A stretch of DNA of 64,000 nucleotides from positions 8,964,574 through 9,028,573 of the forward strand of contig MU063554.1 of assembly GCA_013265495.1 (NCBI GenBank). The letters run 5' to 3'. Of the stretch, positions 24,230 to 35,839 are shown piece by piece. Under the pieces are notes generated by a model, which was given only the letters and a program-made list of their open reading frames with translations, was not told the DNA's origin and did no database searches. A program made the translations under genes and the position numbers. The DNA is from Vicugna vicugna (Eukaryota). Each line of letters starts with the position of its first letter. Positions within the stretch are counted from its first letter, which is position 1.

Positions 24230-25000
24230 GCTTGAAACAGGCAGGAGCTGCCAGGGCCCATCACCGCTTCTTTGCTCACGAGAGACAGGGAGAAGGGAGG
24301 CGGGGGAGTGGAAGTTCCCTCCGCGGATGCCAAATAACACGTCTTTCATTATCGCCCAGTGTCAGGACACCGGGTAATGTTCGTTGTGCATGCACAATGA
24401 ATTACTATTTACCTGGCAGTGCCTTTGATAAGCCCGTCTCCTCTCCCACTTTCTGTCCACGCAGCACGGAGCAGCGAAACCCCTTTGCCTATAATTCTTA
24501 TTAAGGTGATACCTTTTCTGAATAAGAAAGTACACACTGCCAAAGCCGGCGCTNNNNNNNNNNNNNNNNNNNNNNNNNNNNNNNNNNNNNNNNNNNNNNN
24601 NNNNNNNNNNNNNNNNNNNNNNNNNNNNNNNNNNNNNNNNNNNNNNNNNNNNNNNNNNNNNNNNNNNNNNNNNNNNNNNNNNNNNNNNNNNNNNNNNNNN
24701 NNNNNNNNNNNNNNNNNNNNNNNNNNNNNNNNNNNNNNNNNNNNNNNNNNNNNNNNNNNNNNNNNNNNNNNNNNNNNNNNNNNNNNNNNNNNNNNNNNNN
24801 NNNNNNNNNNNNNNNNNNNNNNNNNNNNNNNNNNNNNNNNNNNNNNNNNNNNNNNNNNNNNNNNNNNNNNNNNNNNNNNNCAAGTGGTACCGAATTCACC
24901 ATCCCTCACTTTTATTTCTCTCAGTAGGGCTCTGCCACTTAATCGCAAGGACTCGCTTCCTTCCAGGCAGCCTCTCCTCTCTGTGCTGTGCTCCCAGGAG
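24230..25000. promoter_or_regulatory. Candidate conserved non-coding element/enhancer, centre hidden by N block
   Basis: No recognisable repeat, CpGs retained, TCF/LEF CCTTTGAT (24422-24429) overlapping GATAAG (24427-24432), several TAAT/ATTA cores; conservation inferred, not measured. Confidence 0.45.
24554..24880. other. N block (327 nt)
   Basis: Run of n. Confidence 1.
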
Positions 25001-25799
25001 GTGTGCAGGGGGATGCTGTTCCCCGGGCCTGGCCTTGACCTGCCACAGCTCTTGACTCACAGGTCAGCCGTGGCTTTTGCATCCTGCCTTCTTGTGGAAG
25101 CTGGGTGTCCTGCAGCCCTGGTCCAGGCGCCTCTGAAACCCGCAGGGGCTCCCATTAAGAAAAGCTTCTGGTTGCTCCCTTTCTCTTGTCCGAGGCTGCA
25201 AGCTTTGCTCCGGTGCCCTTAACACCTGTAGCACCCCGAGGTGGCTCAGTTTACTCCGAGGTTCAGCTGCCTGCCAAGACACCAGGTGACAGGCGGGGCT
25301 CTCCGAGGCCACTCCCGCCATTGTCTCCAGCTGCGGGGCCAAGAAACCACACTTGCCGTGATGCACAGCCTGATAGCGCTGGCTCTGCCCCGCGGGGTAA
25401 GTGACACCAGGCTCCGAAAGAGGCAGCGGTGTCAGCGGGTGTCTGTGAGAGGGGCGCTGGCCGCCTGGAAGGGCTCCTGCCCGCCCGTGTCCAGCCTCAC
25501 GCTGTCACGCTGAGCAAGTGTAAAGGTGTGCCGGGAAAGCCCTCGTCCCCCACTGCGCGCTCCTGAAGCCCAGGCCCTGCTCCTGGGCTCCCACAGACAC
25601 AGCTGGGTCCTCTTTGGTCTCTCTGGTCGGCTCTGGGCTTGTGAAAGTTGAACCTGATTGTCCTGGATTTGAGGATGGCCATGATTTTTAATCTTTTAAG
25701 ATGAAGCAAGCGAAGAGATGGTTGTGATCCACAGGACTGCGTTTACTGGGGCAGGGGGCTAACAAGTTTTTTTTTCCTTTACTTTATGACTCCCCTCGA

Positions 25800-25975
25800 C
25801 ATACTCGCGTACACACACCCAGTGTACCCACAGTCACACACACACACTCATGCACATGCACAGGGACACACAGTGTATACACACAAGCACGCATGCACAC
25901 GCCCACACAGACACCCGTGCAAACACACAGACATCTCCACACAGACACATATCCCACGTGCACACCCTGACACGC
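25800..25975 (+). repeat. Degenerate (CA)n alternating purine-pyrimidine tract
   Basis: ACACACACCCAGTGTACCCACAGTCACACACACACACTCATGCACATGCAC... Confidence 0.9.
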
Positions 25976-25979
25976 GCTT

Positions 25980-26660
25980 TCTCCCCCATGGCTTTTCAAA
26001 CAAAGGCTCTGCCATCAGACTTTCATACGCTGGCCTCCTGGTTTTATGGGCAAATAACGACTTCTTGCAAAGCAGAAACACCCCCATTATGAACCCCCAC
26101 CGTTCAGATCTGTGACTGGGGGCAGTACCGGAGCTGTGTCTGATTCGTCTTTTTAAAGGCACCAGCTCTGGACAAACCACCCTGAACATGTGTAATTATA
26201 AAGGAACCCTCACCTAAGTCAGCTGGCGGGGCTTTTAATGATGGCACTTGATGTCTGTCAGTCAAGGCCAGCGCCGGGCATGCGGGCGAGGGGCAATTTC
26301 GGAGGAAATTTCCCGGACCTAAGCTGTCCGCCTTATTCCATTATCTGTATTTAAGAGGGGAGGGAGGAGAGGAGGGACAGCCAGGAAGAGAGAGGGAGAG
26401 GGTGGCTCATGAAGAAATATGGTGGGGAAGGCAGTCTGCGCAAAGGAGTGTCCTGTCCGGAGAGAGCCGGGTCCCGCCCTGCTGACCGGCTGTGTCTCCT
26501 CAACCCTTTCCCTCGCGGAGATGCGCTGGGAGCCGGGTGCCCGTCTGCTGATGGGAGGGGGCGGGGGGATGTTCTTCTGAGCTGGGAGAGCCAAAACTGG
26601 GGAGGGGAGCGCTGGAAGGGAGAAAACCAAATGATGCCAATTCACTTTCTCCTTGACGGC
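25980..26660. promoter_or_regulatory. Candidate enhancer, CpG-retaining
   Basis: AACAAAG (SOX, 25999-26005), TTTTATGG (CDX/posterior HOX, 26042-26049), GGAAATTTCCC (NF-kB, 26304-26314), purine-rich tract 26355-26405. Confidence 0.45.
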
Positions 26661-26880
26661 NNNNNNNNNNNNNNNNNNNNNNNNNNNNNNNNNNNNNNNN
26701 NNNNNNNNNNNNNNNNNNNNNNNNNNNNNNNNNNNNNNNNNNNNNNNNNNNNNNNNNNNNNNNNNNNNNNNNNNNNNNNNNNNNNNNNNNNNNNNNNNNN
26801 NNNNNNNNNNNNNNNNNNNNNNNNNNNNNNNNNNNNNNNNNNNNNNNNNNNNNNNNNNNNNNNNNNNNNNNNNNNNNNNN
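26661..26880. other. N block (220 nt)
   Basis: Run of n. Confidence 1.
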
Positions 26881-26894
26881 TGTGTTTCATGAAG

Positions 26895-27118
26895 NNNNNN
26901 NNNNNNNNNNNNNNNNNNNNNNNNNNNNNNNNNNNNNNNNNNNNNNNNNNNNNNNNNNNNNNNNNNNNNNNNNNNNNNNNNNNNNNNNNNNNNNNNNNNN
27001 NNNNNNNNNNNNNNNNNNNNNNNNNNNNNNNNNNNNNNNNNNNNNNNNNNNNNNNNNNNNNNNNNNNNNNNNNNNNNNNNNNNNNNNNNNNNNNNNNNNN
27101 NNNNNNNNNNNNNNNNNN
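26895..27118. other. N block (224 nt), separated from the previous one by only 14 called bases
   Basis: Run of n. Confidence 1.
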
Positions 27119-27884
27119 ATTACAGAAATCACTTTTTGTGTAAACTCAATTATTTTATGAATAGTGACACCAGCTTAGACTGGGTCCTGCTCCTGGTGGC
27201 TGAGGCATTATTATCTTCAGGGTAAAAGGTTTGGCGCATTCAGAACACACTTTCCAAATCAAACCAGCATTCAGTAAGGTAAACACAACTTCAGGGGAAC
27301 TGGGGGGGTCGAGGTTACCTGGTCAGGACACAAGGCAGCGGCTTCGTCTCCGGCCTCCTGGCCAATCCCTCCTTTCAGCTAGGACTGAACTGAGGGTCTC
27401 ATCCCTTGATTTATGAGGGGATTCCTCATTTGCCTAATTGATTCATTTTCTTAAGACGACATCTGGAGTTACATTTCCTTTTTAAAAGGCTGCAGTTAGA
27501 TCTGATGCCTGGATCAGATGTTCCTTCATTGTACAACTATCCGTTTATACCTATATTAAAAAAAAAAAAAACAGCACCACAGTATTCAGTTTGTCACTGC
27601 AGGCACGCACACATATAGAAATAGCCAGGAAGTCGTGCACCCTTGTTCTTTGAGAACAAATTTGACAAAAGTCACATTTGACAGCGCAAGTCATTGTGAG
27701 GTTGTATGTTATCAAGGCTCATCTTTAACCTTTAGGAGGTTCGTACGTGCTCCCCACTTCGTGTGTGTGTTTTAAGATGATCGCTGGTTTCTACACCTGA
27801 GCTAGATCCCCTGTTGACTTCAGTTTGCCCCTTTGTGAAAAACAACTTGGAAGCCACCTACATCACCCTTTGGCAGGAAACTCC

Positions 27885-27900
27885 CCAGTAGGGGGCAGTA
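27885..27900 (+). promoter_or_regulatory. CTCF core motif
   Basis: CCAGTAGGGGGCAGTA matches CCASYAGRKGGCRS at 14/14. Confidence 0.6.
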
Positions 27901-28909
27901 GAGGAGCAAGCCAGCCCAACCCCATCTTGGCTAGCCCTACAACCGGGGCAGGACCACCAGCCCTGGGAACCCACCGCCTCCTGGCTCATATGTGGACACA
28001 GAGCTAGAAAGATCCATTAGTGCAGATCACTGGTTTTGAATTGGTCTCCCAGTTCTGTCTGGAAAGCATCTAATCGAATGCTCCTCCTTCTCCTCTTAGG
28101 GTGTCTGTCTTTCCAAAGGGACTCAGTGAAAGCTGTGGCTATTGTCAGCTGGGTGCTGGGAGCCCCGGGCACACTCCCTGCCAAGGTTGCTCAGGCAGCA
28201 CGGGGAAGGGGAGACTTCATGAATCCGTGAGGCTTTTGCAGAGCCTAAGGAGACAAAGGTCCAACACCATTCAACTCATGCTGATTTACCTGACACTTGA
28301 ATTTGGCTATCATTTCCTCTTCCTGCATCTCAATTTCCCCAATTCTGAATTGAAGAGATCAGTCTAGATACAATCTGCAAACCAATTATGCATTCATTCC
28401 TTCTGTGCTATATGCGTTCATTCATTCATTCTTCACTCGGTGCATGTTTATAGGCAGAAGACATATTCTCTGGGCTACCAAGGTCATCATTTACTTGCAT
28501 TTGATTTGATCATTTAAAAAATATTTTTGTTCAATTTCAAGTAGTTTTCTTTACTTACCATTTTTTTTCCTGGTTGACTAATTTGTCCTCAACCAAGGCA
28601 TAAAGAGATTTGGGAGACTTCAGTTTATTTCATAGCTTTGAATGTGACGTCTGCTTTTCACAGTAACATTTCACTTGTGTTTGGAGATGGTGGGAACTCT
28701 TTCCCCATTTCCCCAGTTGTCACGGGCAGCCCTGGGTTTGGTTAAGTTTAGATTCTAAGTCCCCGTGGTTTGGCCTGGGCTGGGGCTGGGCCCAGCCCTT
28801 CAAGGCTTTGATTAATCCATTGCACCTCTCATTTTCCCAACTGTAAAAGGAGAAGCTACAGTTCTGAATAAGCATCTTGCAGAAGAAAGAAGCCAGAGCA
28901 GAAAGTATT

Positions 28910-29089
28910 NNNNNNNNNNNNNNNNNNNNNNNNNNNNNNNNNNNNNNNNNNNNNNNNNNNNNNNNNNNNNNNNNNNNNNNNNNNNNNNNNNNNNNNNNNN
29001 NNNNNNNNNNNNNNNNNNNNNNNNNNNNNNNNNNNNNNNNNNNNNNNNNNNNNNNNNNNNNNNNNNNNNNNNNNNNNNNNNNNNNNNNN
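28910..29089. other. N block (180 nt)
   Basis: Run of n. Confidence 1.
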
Positions 29090-29689
29090 TATTATTCAGT
29101 TTTGACAATTAGGTAGAAAAAACATTCAAGAAGTGCTCTTTTATTGCAGCTGGTAATAATATCGGGGGTCCCCCTGATAGCAGTCTATGCTGATTCTACA
29201 AGGCGGCACTGGTTTTGTCTTCTGATTGCTGTGTTATACTGGTTATACTGGATCCGAGCAAGAGAGGCTACTTCCAGTCATTTCACTGGTGCGTAACTCT
29301 GGTTTATGTGACGTGTGAAAACATACTGAGCCTTTTGCATTTTCCCACTTCTGTCCTTCTGGCCTGTCCACTAAGCACAGTGGACAGGCCGGAAAGTGAC
29401 TTTCACCATTTATTCAGCATTCTTTTGTTAGACAGTAACTGTGCTGGGAAATGTGTTAAGGCCCGGCAATGAAGATCCAGGCAGCAGTCTGCCTACACTT
29501 GAATTTCATCTCTTCTTTATTAAATCATCATAGTTTACTTTAAAATTATATACACACTCACAATTATAAATTATGCATACACGTAGGTGCATGTAAATAT
29601 GTTTTTTTTCATCGCTTCTCTATCTGTGGTCCATAGAAATATCAAAACAATGTATTTGTATCCAGTGGCCAATTTTCTATACCTTATTT

Positions 29690-29850
29690 TATTTTAGTCT
29701 TCTTAATCGCTTTATACGTTAGGGACATTTTCTTATTGGATAGCCGTGGAAACTGAAGCTCAGAGAGAAGTGATTTGCTCAAGGTCACACAGCTGGTATG
29801 TGATAGATGTGAGATTCAAGTCAGGGCTGTGTGACTCCAAAGAGTGTGTT
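29690..29850 (-). mobile_element. MIR
   Basis: GGAAACTGAAGCTCAGAGAGAAGTGATTTGCTCAAGGTCACACAGCTGGTATGTG. Confidence 0.8.
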
Positions 29851-30257
29851 GTGTTGACCTTAGCCTGTGCCTTCAGCATCATCTTCCCTGCAGTCTCCAC
29901 TACCCTTTTATTTCCAAGCATTCAGAGACTCACGCAGCTAGCATTTCCCAGTGTCAGAGGGGAGCACCAAGCTCTCGGGAGCAGAGACGGGGCAGTGGGA
30001 GCCTCACCGGCCAAGTCGCTGAGCTCCATCTGCCGCTCCTTCCTTCAGACCCTCCCTCTACCTCCGCTGTTCTCACATGGAGAACAAGGACATCGTTACC
30101 CCACCTACTAGGCTGATACTGACAAAAGGGAGGTACAGCTACCGAAACCCAATCCTGGAGAGCTGAAAGAGCCCTCAGCAGAAGAAGGACGGGATGGCCA
30201 CCCCCGGTGGAAACAGTTCTTGCTGAAAGTCAAGAGAGATCGCAATTAAACTTTTGA

Positions 30258-30420
30258 AGATTTATTGAGAACCTACTGTGAGTCAGACATGGCTCTTGGT
30301 ACTGGGAACAGAGGTGAAACAAAGACAGCTGCTTCCTGCAACAGAATGCACCTTTCAGATGGGGAGCCAAGCTTACAGCAGGAGTCACAATAGCAGGTGA
30401 GAAGGTAGTGTGTCTCCAGA
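30258..30420 (-). mobile_element. L2 3' fragment
   Basis: TTTATTGAGAACCTACTGTGAGTCAGACATGG...CTGGGAACAG. Confidence 0.7.
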
Positions 30421-30799
30421 CAAAAGAAAAGCGAGCAGCGTGAAGGAGAGGTGGGGCAGTTTCAGAATGAAATAGCCTGGTCAGAGATGTGGGAACCAGC
30501 CTTCAGTTTGCTTTGGGAAAGTCTTCTCCCTCTGAGTCCCGTATGTCATGATTGTAAAATAGGAAGTCGAATTAAGTCAAAAGTTTCCAAACTTGAAGGA
30601 TGTAGTCATCTCATTTCTTTCAAACTTTTTAGAGTCCTTGGTTCACTTACAGATTCAGACTATCAGATTGGGAAGAGCCTGGGACCTAGGAATCTGCCTT
30701 GTTTAAGAAGAGCCAAAAGCAAGGGAAGTGTGCATCCAAGTCTAGGCAGCCTTGGACCAAGTGTCTGTGTGCACTCCTAAGGGCGTCGGGGCGTCCTCT

Positions 30800-30945
30800 T
30801 CACTTAGCATCTCTGTGACCTTGGAATCATTCCCGGATGCAGAGGTGTTCTTTCCTCCCAGGGTTGTTAATGAGGGTTAACTGATCCGACAGTTGGTAAA
30901 GCACTTGGCCCAGGTCTCGGCATGTCCCTGGAGCCCAGTGTTACC
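30800..30945 (+). mobile_element. MIR
   Basis: CTGTGACCTTGG...CCCAGGGTTGTTAATGAGGGTTAA...GTAAAGCACTTGG. Confidence 0.6.
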
Positions 30946-31554
30946 TTCCTGGTCTTCCTGGTAGTTCTAACATCAAATGATACTTCTCAGGAATAATGAA
31001 CACCAGACAAAGGCATTTGAAGACCAACAACCGAATCTATAAGGGCTGAGTTGAGAAGAGAATAAAAAACTGGTAAAACGGTTACCCTGCCAAGAGAGGA
31101 AAAGGACTCAGCCATAATTTAGGAAAAGCCAATTAAATCAACAGGGTTAGCAAATTGTGCATGGGGTTCGCTGAGATGATAAAGAAAGGGTGGGCTTTGG
31201 TACTTCCCATAGTGGAGCCCATCCTCCGTTGGCTGGGCTCTGACTCCTCCAGGTTGGGGGTGACGGGAGATGATGGTCCCCGAATCTATCTTTGCTGCCT
31301 TTTGCCCGTTTGCACAGAGCCCTGGCATTCTGCCTCCGCCCTTGAACTGTCTGTGTACTAAGCAGCCTTTGTTTCATCCATCACCTCAGCTCTTGTGAGA
31401 CTGAAATTATATTTAGCGAAATAAAAATGAAGCAGAAACAGAACTGACAGAGATCACACACCACATGAATATTCATTGACGAAAGGGTGGAATTGTCCCT
31501 CCCACCTTGGTCCCGCGAGGGCTCCTCCTCCTCCCCCACCACCATCACTCCTTC

Positions 31555-31760
31555 TTTTCTCGCCCTGTTTTATGTTTTTGCAGGACTTATTCCCACCTGA
31601 TGTATCATCTGTTTCATTGTTAGTGGTCTTCTGTACATGGTTTCCTTCCCCAACTAGAGTGAAACCTCATGAGAACCGGGGTTTGGAGTTGCATTCAGTT
31701 TTATACCCGTACCTACCATGTAACAGGTGCTCAATAAATACTTTTTTGAATACATGAATT
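31555..31760 (+). mobile_element. L2 3' end
   Basis: CCCCAACTAGAGTGAAACCTCATGAG...AGGTGCTCAATAAATACTTTTTTGAATACATGAAT. Confidence 0.75.
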
Positions 31761-33169
31761 TCAACCTCAGTCTAGGGTTCATACTGGCTGAATGTCACCA
31801 ATATTTCCTTGTCATTCACTCCCTTTAATTCCCTTATCCCTCTAAGCTGGGATCATCATGGTACTCCTTGCTGGTAGAAAGAGGCAATTCAAAAATGGAA
31901 GAGAATAAAATAAAGGGAGGAAGAAGAGACTGGTAGAAAATAGAGCATAAAGGTATTCAATTTAGCACGATCACTTCTACATGTTATAGTTGATGCCTGC
32001 AGACTCCATAGATGTTATAGCTTGAATTTTAATTTGGGACACACGTTTGTAGAATCTACCATGTTAAGGCCAGAACATGATTTTAATGGTCAAAGGCAAT
32101 CTGCAGATGAGTCTGCAAAATTGCCAAGTTCTAATATATTACAGGGAAACAGAAGAGACTGAAATATATTTGCAATGAGTCAAATATAGGTTTTATTTTT
32201 AAAAACATACTTTGATTAATTTCAGGTACCTAATTATCTCCTCAATTTAACAACTATTTCTGTTTAAATGACAGCTTTTTAAATATTTGACTCTAATAAA
32301 CCTCCCCTTGAAACTTGTTATGCTATTAATTTGATAATTTTTTTTAAATGGGATGTTCATTTGGTAAGGAAAATCCAGTGCATGTCTAAAAATGTCAGTC
32401 TCTTTCAAGAATGTGGTCCAAAACAATACTTTACTCTCTCACTACCAAAATGACTGTGTCCATGCCACCATCTGTTCTGATGGCCTAGGGTGATGTCTTC
32501 TCTGAGGCTGGGGGTTGGATGACACCACAGACTGAACCCCGTACGGAGCCCCCAAGTCCATGTGGACTGTGGTTATGGGAGGGATCCTCGCCGCAGCTCA
32601 AACTCATGTGCAAACACAGCTTGAGAAACTCAGAATTCTGCTATTTCCCATGTGTTCTTAACAATAATGACAAAGACACCTGAAATATGTCAGTGTACCT
32701 TCCTCTCATTAAATCACCCTTCATTCGTCAGCAGTGGAAGATTAAGGAGAAACAGTGAGTAAGAACAAACAGGTTTCTGCATTCCTAGGGCGCGGTGTGG
32801 GGACCTCTGGCCTGGGCGCCAGAAGGTCTAGATTCTAACCCTCGTCTGCCAGTGTCGGGTCTGCTCAAGCTCCCGCATCTGCATTTATTTTCTGAGACTT
32901 TGGGACCAGCATTGATATTTGATGCATGTACGAAGGCGAAAAGCAGGGCTCCAGGACAACTTTCAGACTTGTTGGAAACTCAAGCCAGGAAGCATTTCTC
33001 CAGTGAACGTTCTATGCCAGGCCAGGGCTGTATTCCTTCTGGGGAGTGGATTAAAATATCTACATACACATGTGCATAGGGGCACACACACACACGTGTA
33101 CACACACACATGCACAGTTGTTGCAGCCCTCAGGAGGATTACAAACTTTAGGATACATTCCGCTGGAGA

Positions 33170-33400
33170 GGAATGGTCATGGAGAAGAAGTAATGTAGAC
33201 ATCCTGAATTCAGATCTCAGCACCACCCTTCAGCATCTTTGTGAGTGTGAGCAAGTTGCTCAGTCTCCTGGACCCACAGTGTCCTCATCTAAGGCATGAC
33301 AATATGGATAAATGTGTCACAGTGCTGTTACAGAGATGACGACAGTCTATTTTAACAGACCCCAGAAGGGGTCCAGGCACACAGTAGGTGCTCGAGGAAG
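33170..33400 (+). mobile_element. MIR, near full length
   Basis: GACATCCTGAATTCAGATCTCAGC...GAGCAAGTTGCTCAG...GGCACACAGTAGGTGCTC. Confidence 0.65.
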
Positions 33401-33884
33401 AGTGGTTGTGATGACAGTGGTGATGATGGGGATAGAAGGTTCCAGTCGTCCCATCCCCTAAAATGTTTCACAGGACAATAGGAGATTTCAGCTCAGAAGC
33501 TCTAAGTCAGGGACCTCAGACTCTGAGTCACCGCAGTGCTTCGTGCCTGTCAGTTCATGTTTGAGACTCCACAGAAATAGAACCGTTCTATCAGACCAAC
33601 TTGGATTGCCATCTGGCCCGTACATTTTCCTGGCACGGCCCGAAGGCCAGCACTGCAATTCTCCCCTCGGAGCAAAACCCCAAGTTTAGCAGAACAAAAT
33701 CTGGTGCTGAAATGCATCAGGCACAGCACCAGTTCATCCCCGCGATAAGCACATTAGCAGCAGTTACAGGCCCTTAATGCGAATAGCGCTTGAATCTGAG
33801 TTACAGTCATTACTGCCACTACTAGTGATATTCACATCGAAGCACAAGGACACGATTTAATAGAACAGCAACAGTAATGGGGAA

Positions 33885-34050
33885 GAATTCACGCTTTCCA
33901 AGTGGCTTTCACATTCATCAGCTCTGTGAGTCTTCTTTTGGGTATGTCATTATCTTTGGTTTCTTTTACGGGAAACTGAGGTTTCAAAGAGTTGAGACTC
34001 ATCCCATGTAATGCACTGACAGGCAGAAAGTCCAGAATAGAGACTCTGTC
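33885..34050 (-). mobile_element. MIR
   Basis: TTTTACGGGAAACTGAGGTTTCAAAGAG. Confidence 0.55.
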
Positions 34051-34194
34051 TTCTAATTGTTAGTGTAGCAGGCCCTGGAGATTGAGTAGAGAGGAGAGAG
34101 AGAAATCCATCAAATAAAGCATTCTTTGGCTGGACCACTGCCTAACCCAAGATGCCAGGGCAGAAAGGACCTCGGTGTACATCAGATACAAGGC

Positions 34195-34300
34195 TTACCT
34201 TGTACAGATGAGGAAACAGAGGCCCAGAGGAATGAATGACTTACTTCCAGTGAACAGAGTTGTGATGCAGATTTCAAACTGCTTTTCATTTCTGACTTCC
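34195..34300 (-). mobile_element. MIR
   Basis: TTGTACAGATGAGGAAACAGAGGCCCAGAGG. Confidence 0.7.
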
Positions 34301-34421
34301 TTTATGTGGTCCGCCCTGAAAGTGAGCTTTAAAAACCTTTCTGTGAGCTGAAAACCAAATAATCAAATTTGTTGAAGGTGCGTATTAACTTACCAGTTTA
34401 GCTCTAAACCATGGTCTAGTG

Positions 34422-34678
34422 CTGCATTTCAAAAAACATGTCTCATTGAACTCTAACTGGGTAGCGTAACATTCGCTGTTATGAAAAAATAGAATTCCTT
34501 GGTCAGTTACATTTGGAATACTCTGGGTTAAAACATGAATTAAATAGATTGTTTTTAATTGCTGATCTTTTTGTTTCTTAACTTAAATAGGCAAAGAATA
34601 TACTGTGTTCTCACTCATTTTTGACCATGAGATCCTTTGCTCTCAGAAAACCCCTTGAGACTCATATTTGAAAGATGT
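34422..34678. mobile_element. MER103C-like hAT-Charlie MITE
   Basis: CTGCATTTCAAAAAACATG...TTCCTTGGTCAGTTACATTTGGAATACTCTGGGTTAAA...TTTTGACCATGAGATCC...ATATTTGAAAGATG follows recalled MER103C layout. Confidence 0.6.
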
Positions 34679-35559
34679 CAACCTGAGAAGCTTGGGTCAG
34701 GAGAATTTCTACAGGGTTTTAGTGCATTGGCCTTGTAGCAGGTATTCCTGATAAAGTCTGCTGGGTTCATTTCTGAGTCTGTGGCCAGCTTTCAGGAGGT
34801 TGAAGTCCCTAAAAATACAAACTGCCGACATGGGAGAAGCCAGAACAATCGTGTTTCATTTTAACTGCAATGCTTTTCGAAGCAGCTAAATCCACACTAC
34901 ACGAGATGATGCCAAACCTCTTTCTCAGCCCCTAAAACTCCCCCTGAGTGACACTCATCTTCAGTCGCCATTTACCAAGCACCTACGATGAGCCAGTTTT
35001 CACAAGATTTCTTGCTATTTTCGGCTCCTACTGTGGATCTGGGTTTCCTGTGGTAAGGCACCTGAGCAGAGAGCCAGCACAGAAGGGTGAGTATTTACTG
35101 GTGTGAGGGCTATGAAATTTGGTAGTTGTACTTGAACAAATAACTTCTAACAAACGATCATAATCCCTCAATGTGATCCTATAAAGTGAGCAGTGAAGGC
35201 AGCCACTTCTCCTCGGGTTCCTGCCTGATGGAGCTACTGAAAAAAAGCAGAGAGAGGTTTTGATGGGATGAGATCTTCTCCTAAGGAAGAAATTTAAGAG
35301 GAACAAGGAGGGAAGGAGAAAAGAAAAGGCATTTTGGCCAAACGCTTGGTAACATTTGCTGTTCTCAGTAAACTATCAACCCTTAAAACTGATAGGCTTC
35401 GAGATGGAGAAGTCAGTTCTTATGGATTTCAAACTTGGCTTCAGCTGCGTGCATCCTGAAACTCTGATTGTTTCTCTGTTTGCCATTTTTATGATTTTAT
35501 TTTTAGGAAAAAAAAGTGTTGACTTTTAAAATTGCAAGAAAATAAAAAGCTACAGGATA

Positions 35560-35800
35560 GCTTGGGGTGTGGTCATTCTGATTAATATTCAAAACATTTC
35601 AATTCATTTAAAATTTCCAATCCAGCGTAGACGCTCCTTATTGTTTGCTCCATTTGGGGGGAAAAATTAAGACCAATCAAGTACTGAGGTTGGAAAAGTA
35701 TCAAATGAACTATAACTTTCTTTCCCAAAGACCTGCACATATGGATTTTTCATGTTGCACTTAAGACCACGTTTTCAAAGTATATTCCTCCACTCGTCTC
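35560..35800. promoter_or_regulatory. Candidate conserved non-coding element
   Basis: TGATTAAT (PBX-HOX, 35579-35586), TATTGTTTGC (SOX/FOX, 35639-35648), CCAATCAA; non-repeat. Confidence 0.35.
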
Positions 35801-35839
35801 CCCTTTGAATATGTAATACTCCGCATGCATCTAATCGGT

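Noticed and set aside
24362-25222. Long ORFs of 133-267 aa (also 26409-27143, 43814-44563, 44936-45376)
   Set aside because: Their length comes from translating through N blocks, and the called parts show no protein-like signal.
24905-25402. Possible exon: acceptor TTTTATTTCTCTCAG/TAG at about 24924 or GAG at 25193, with donor G|GTAAGT at 25397
   Set aside because: The pairing gives either an over-long exon or a rare GAG acceptor, and such motifs are frequent by chance. It needs RNA-seq.
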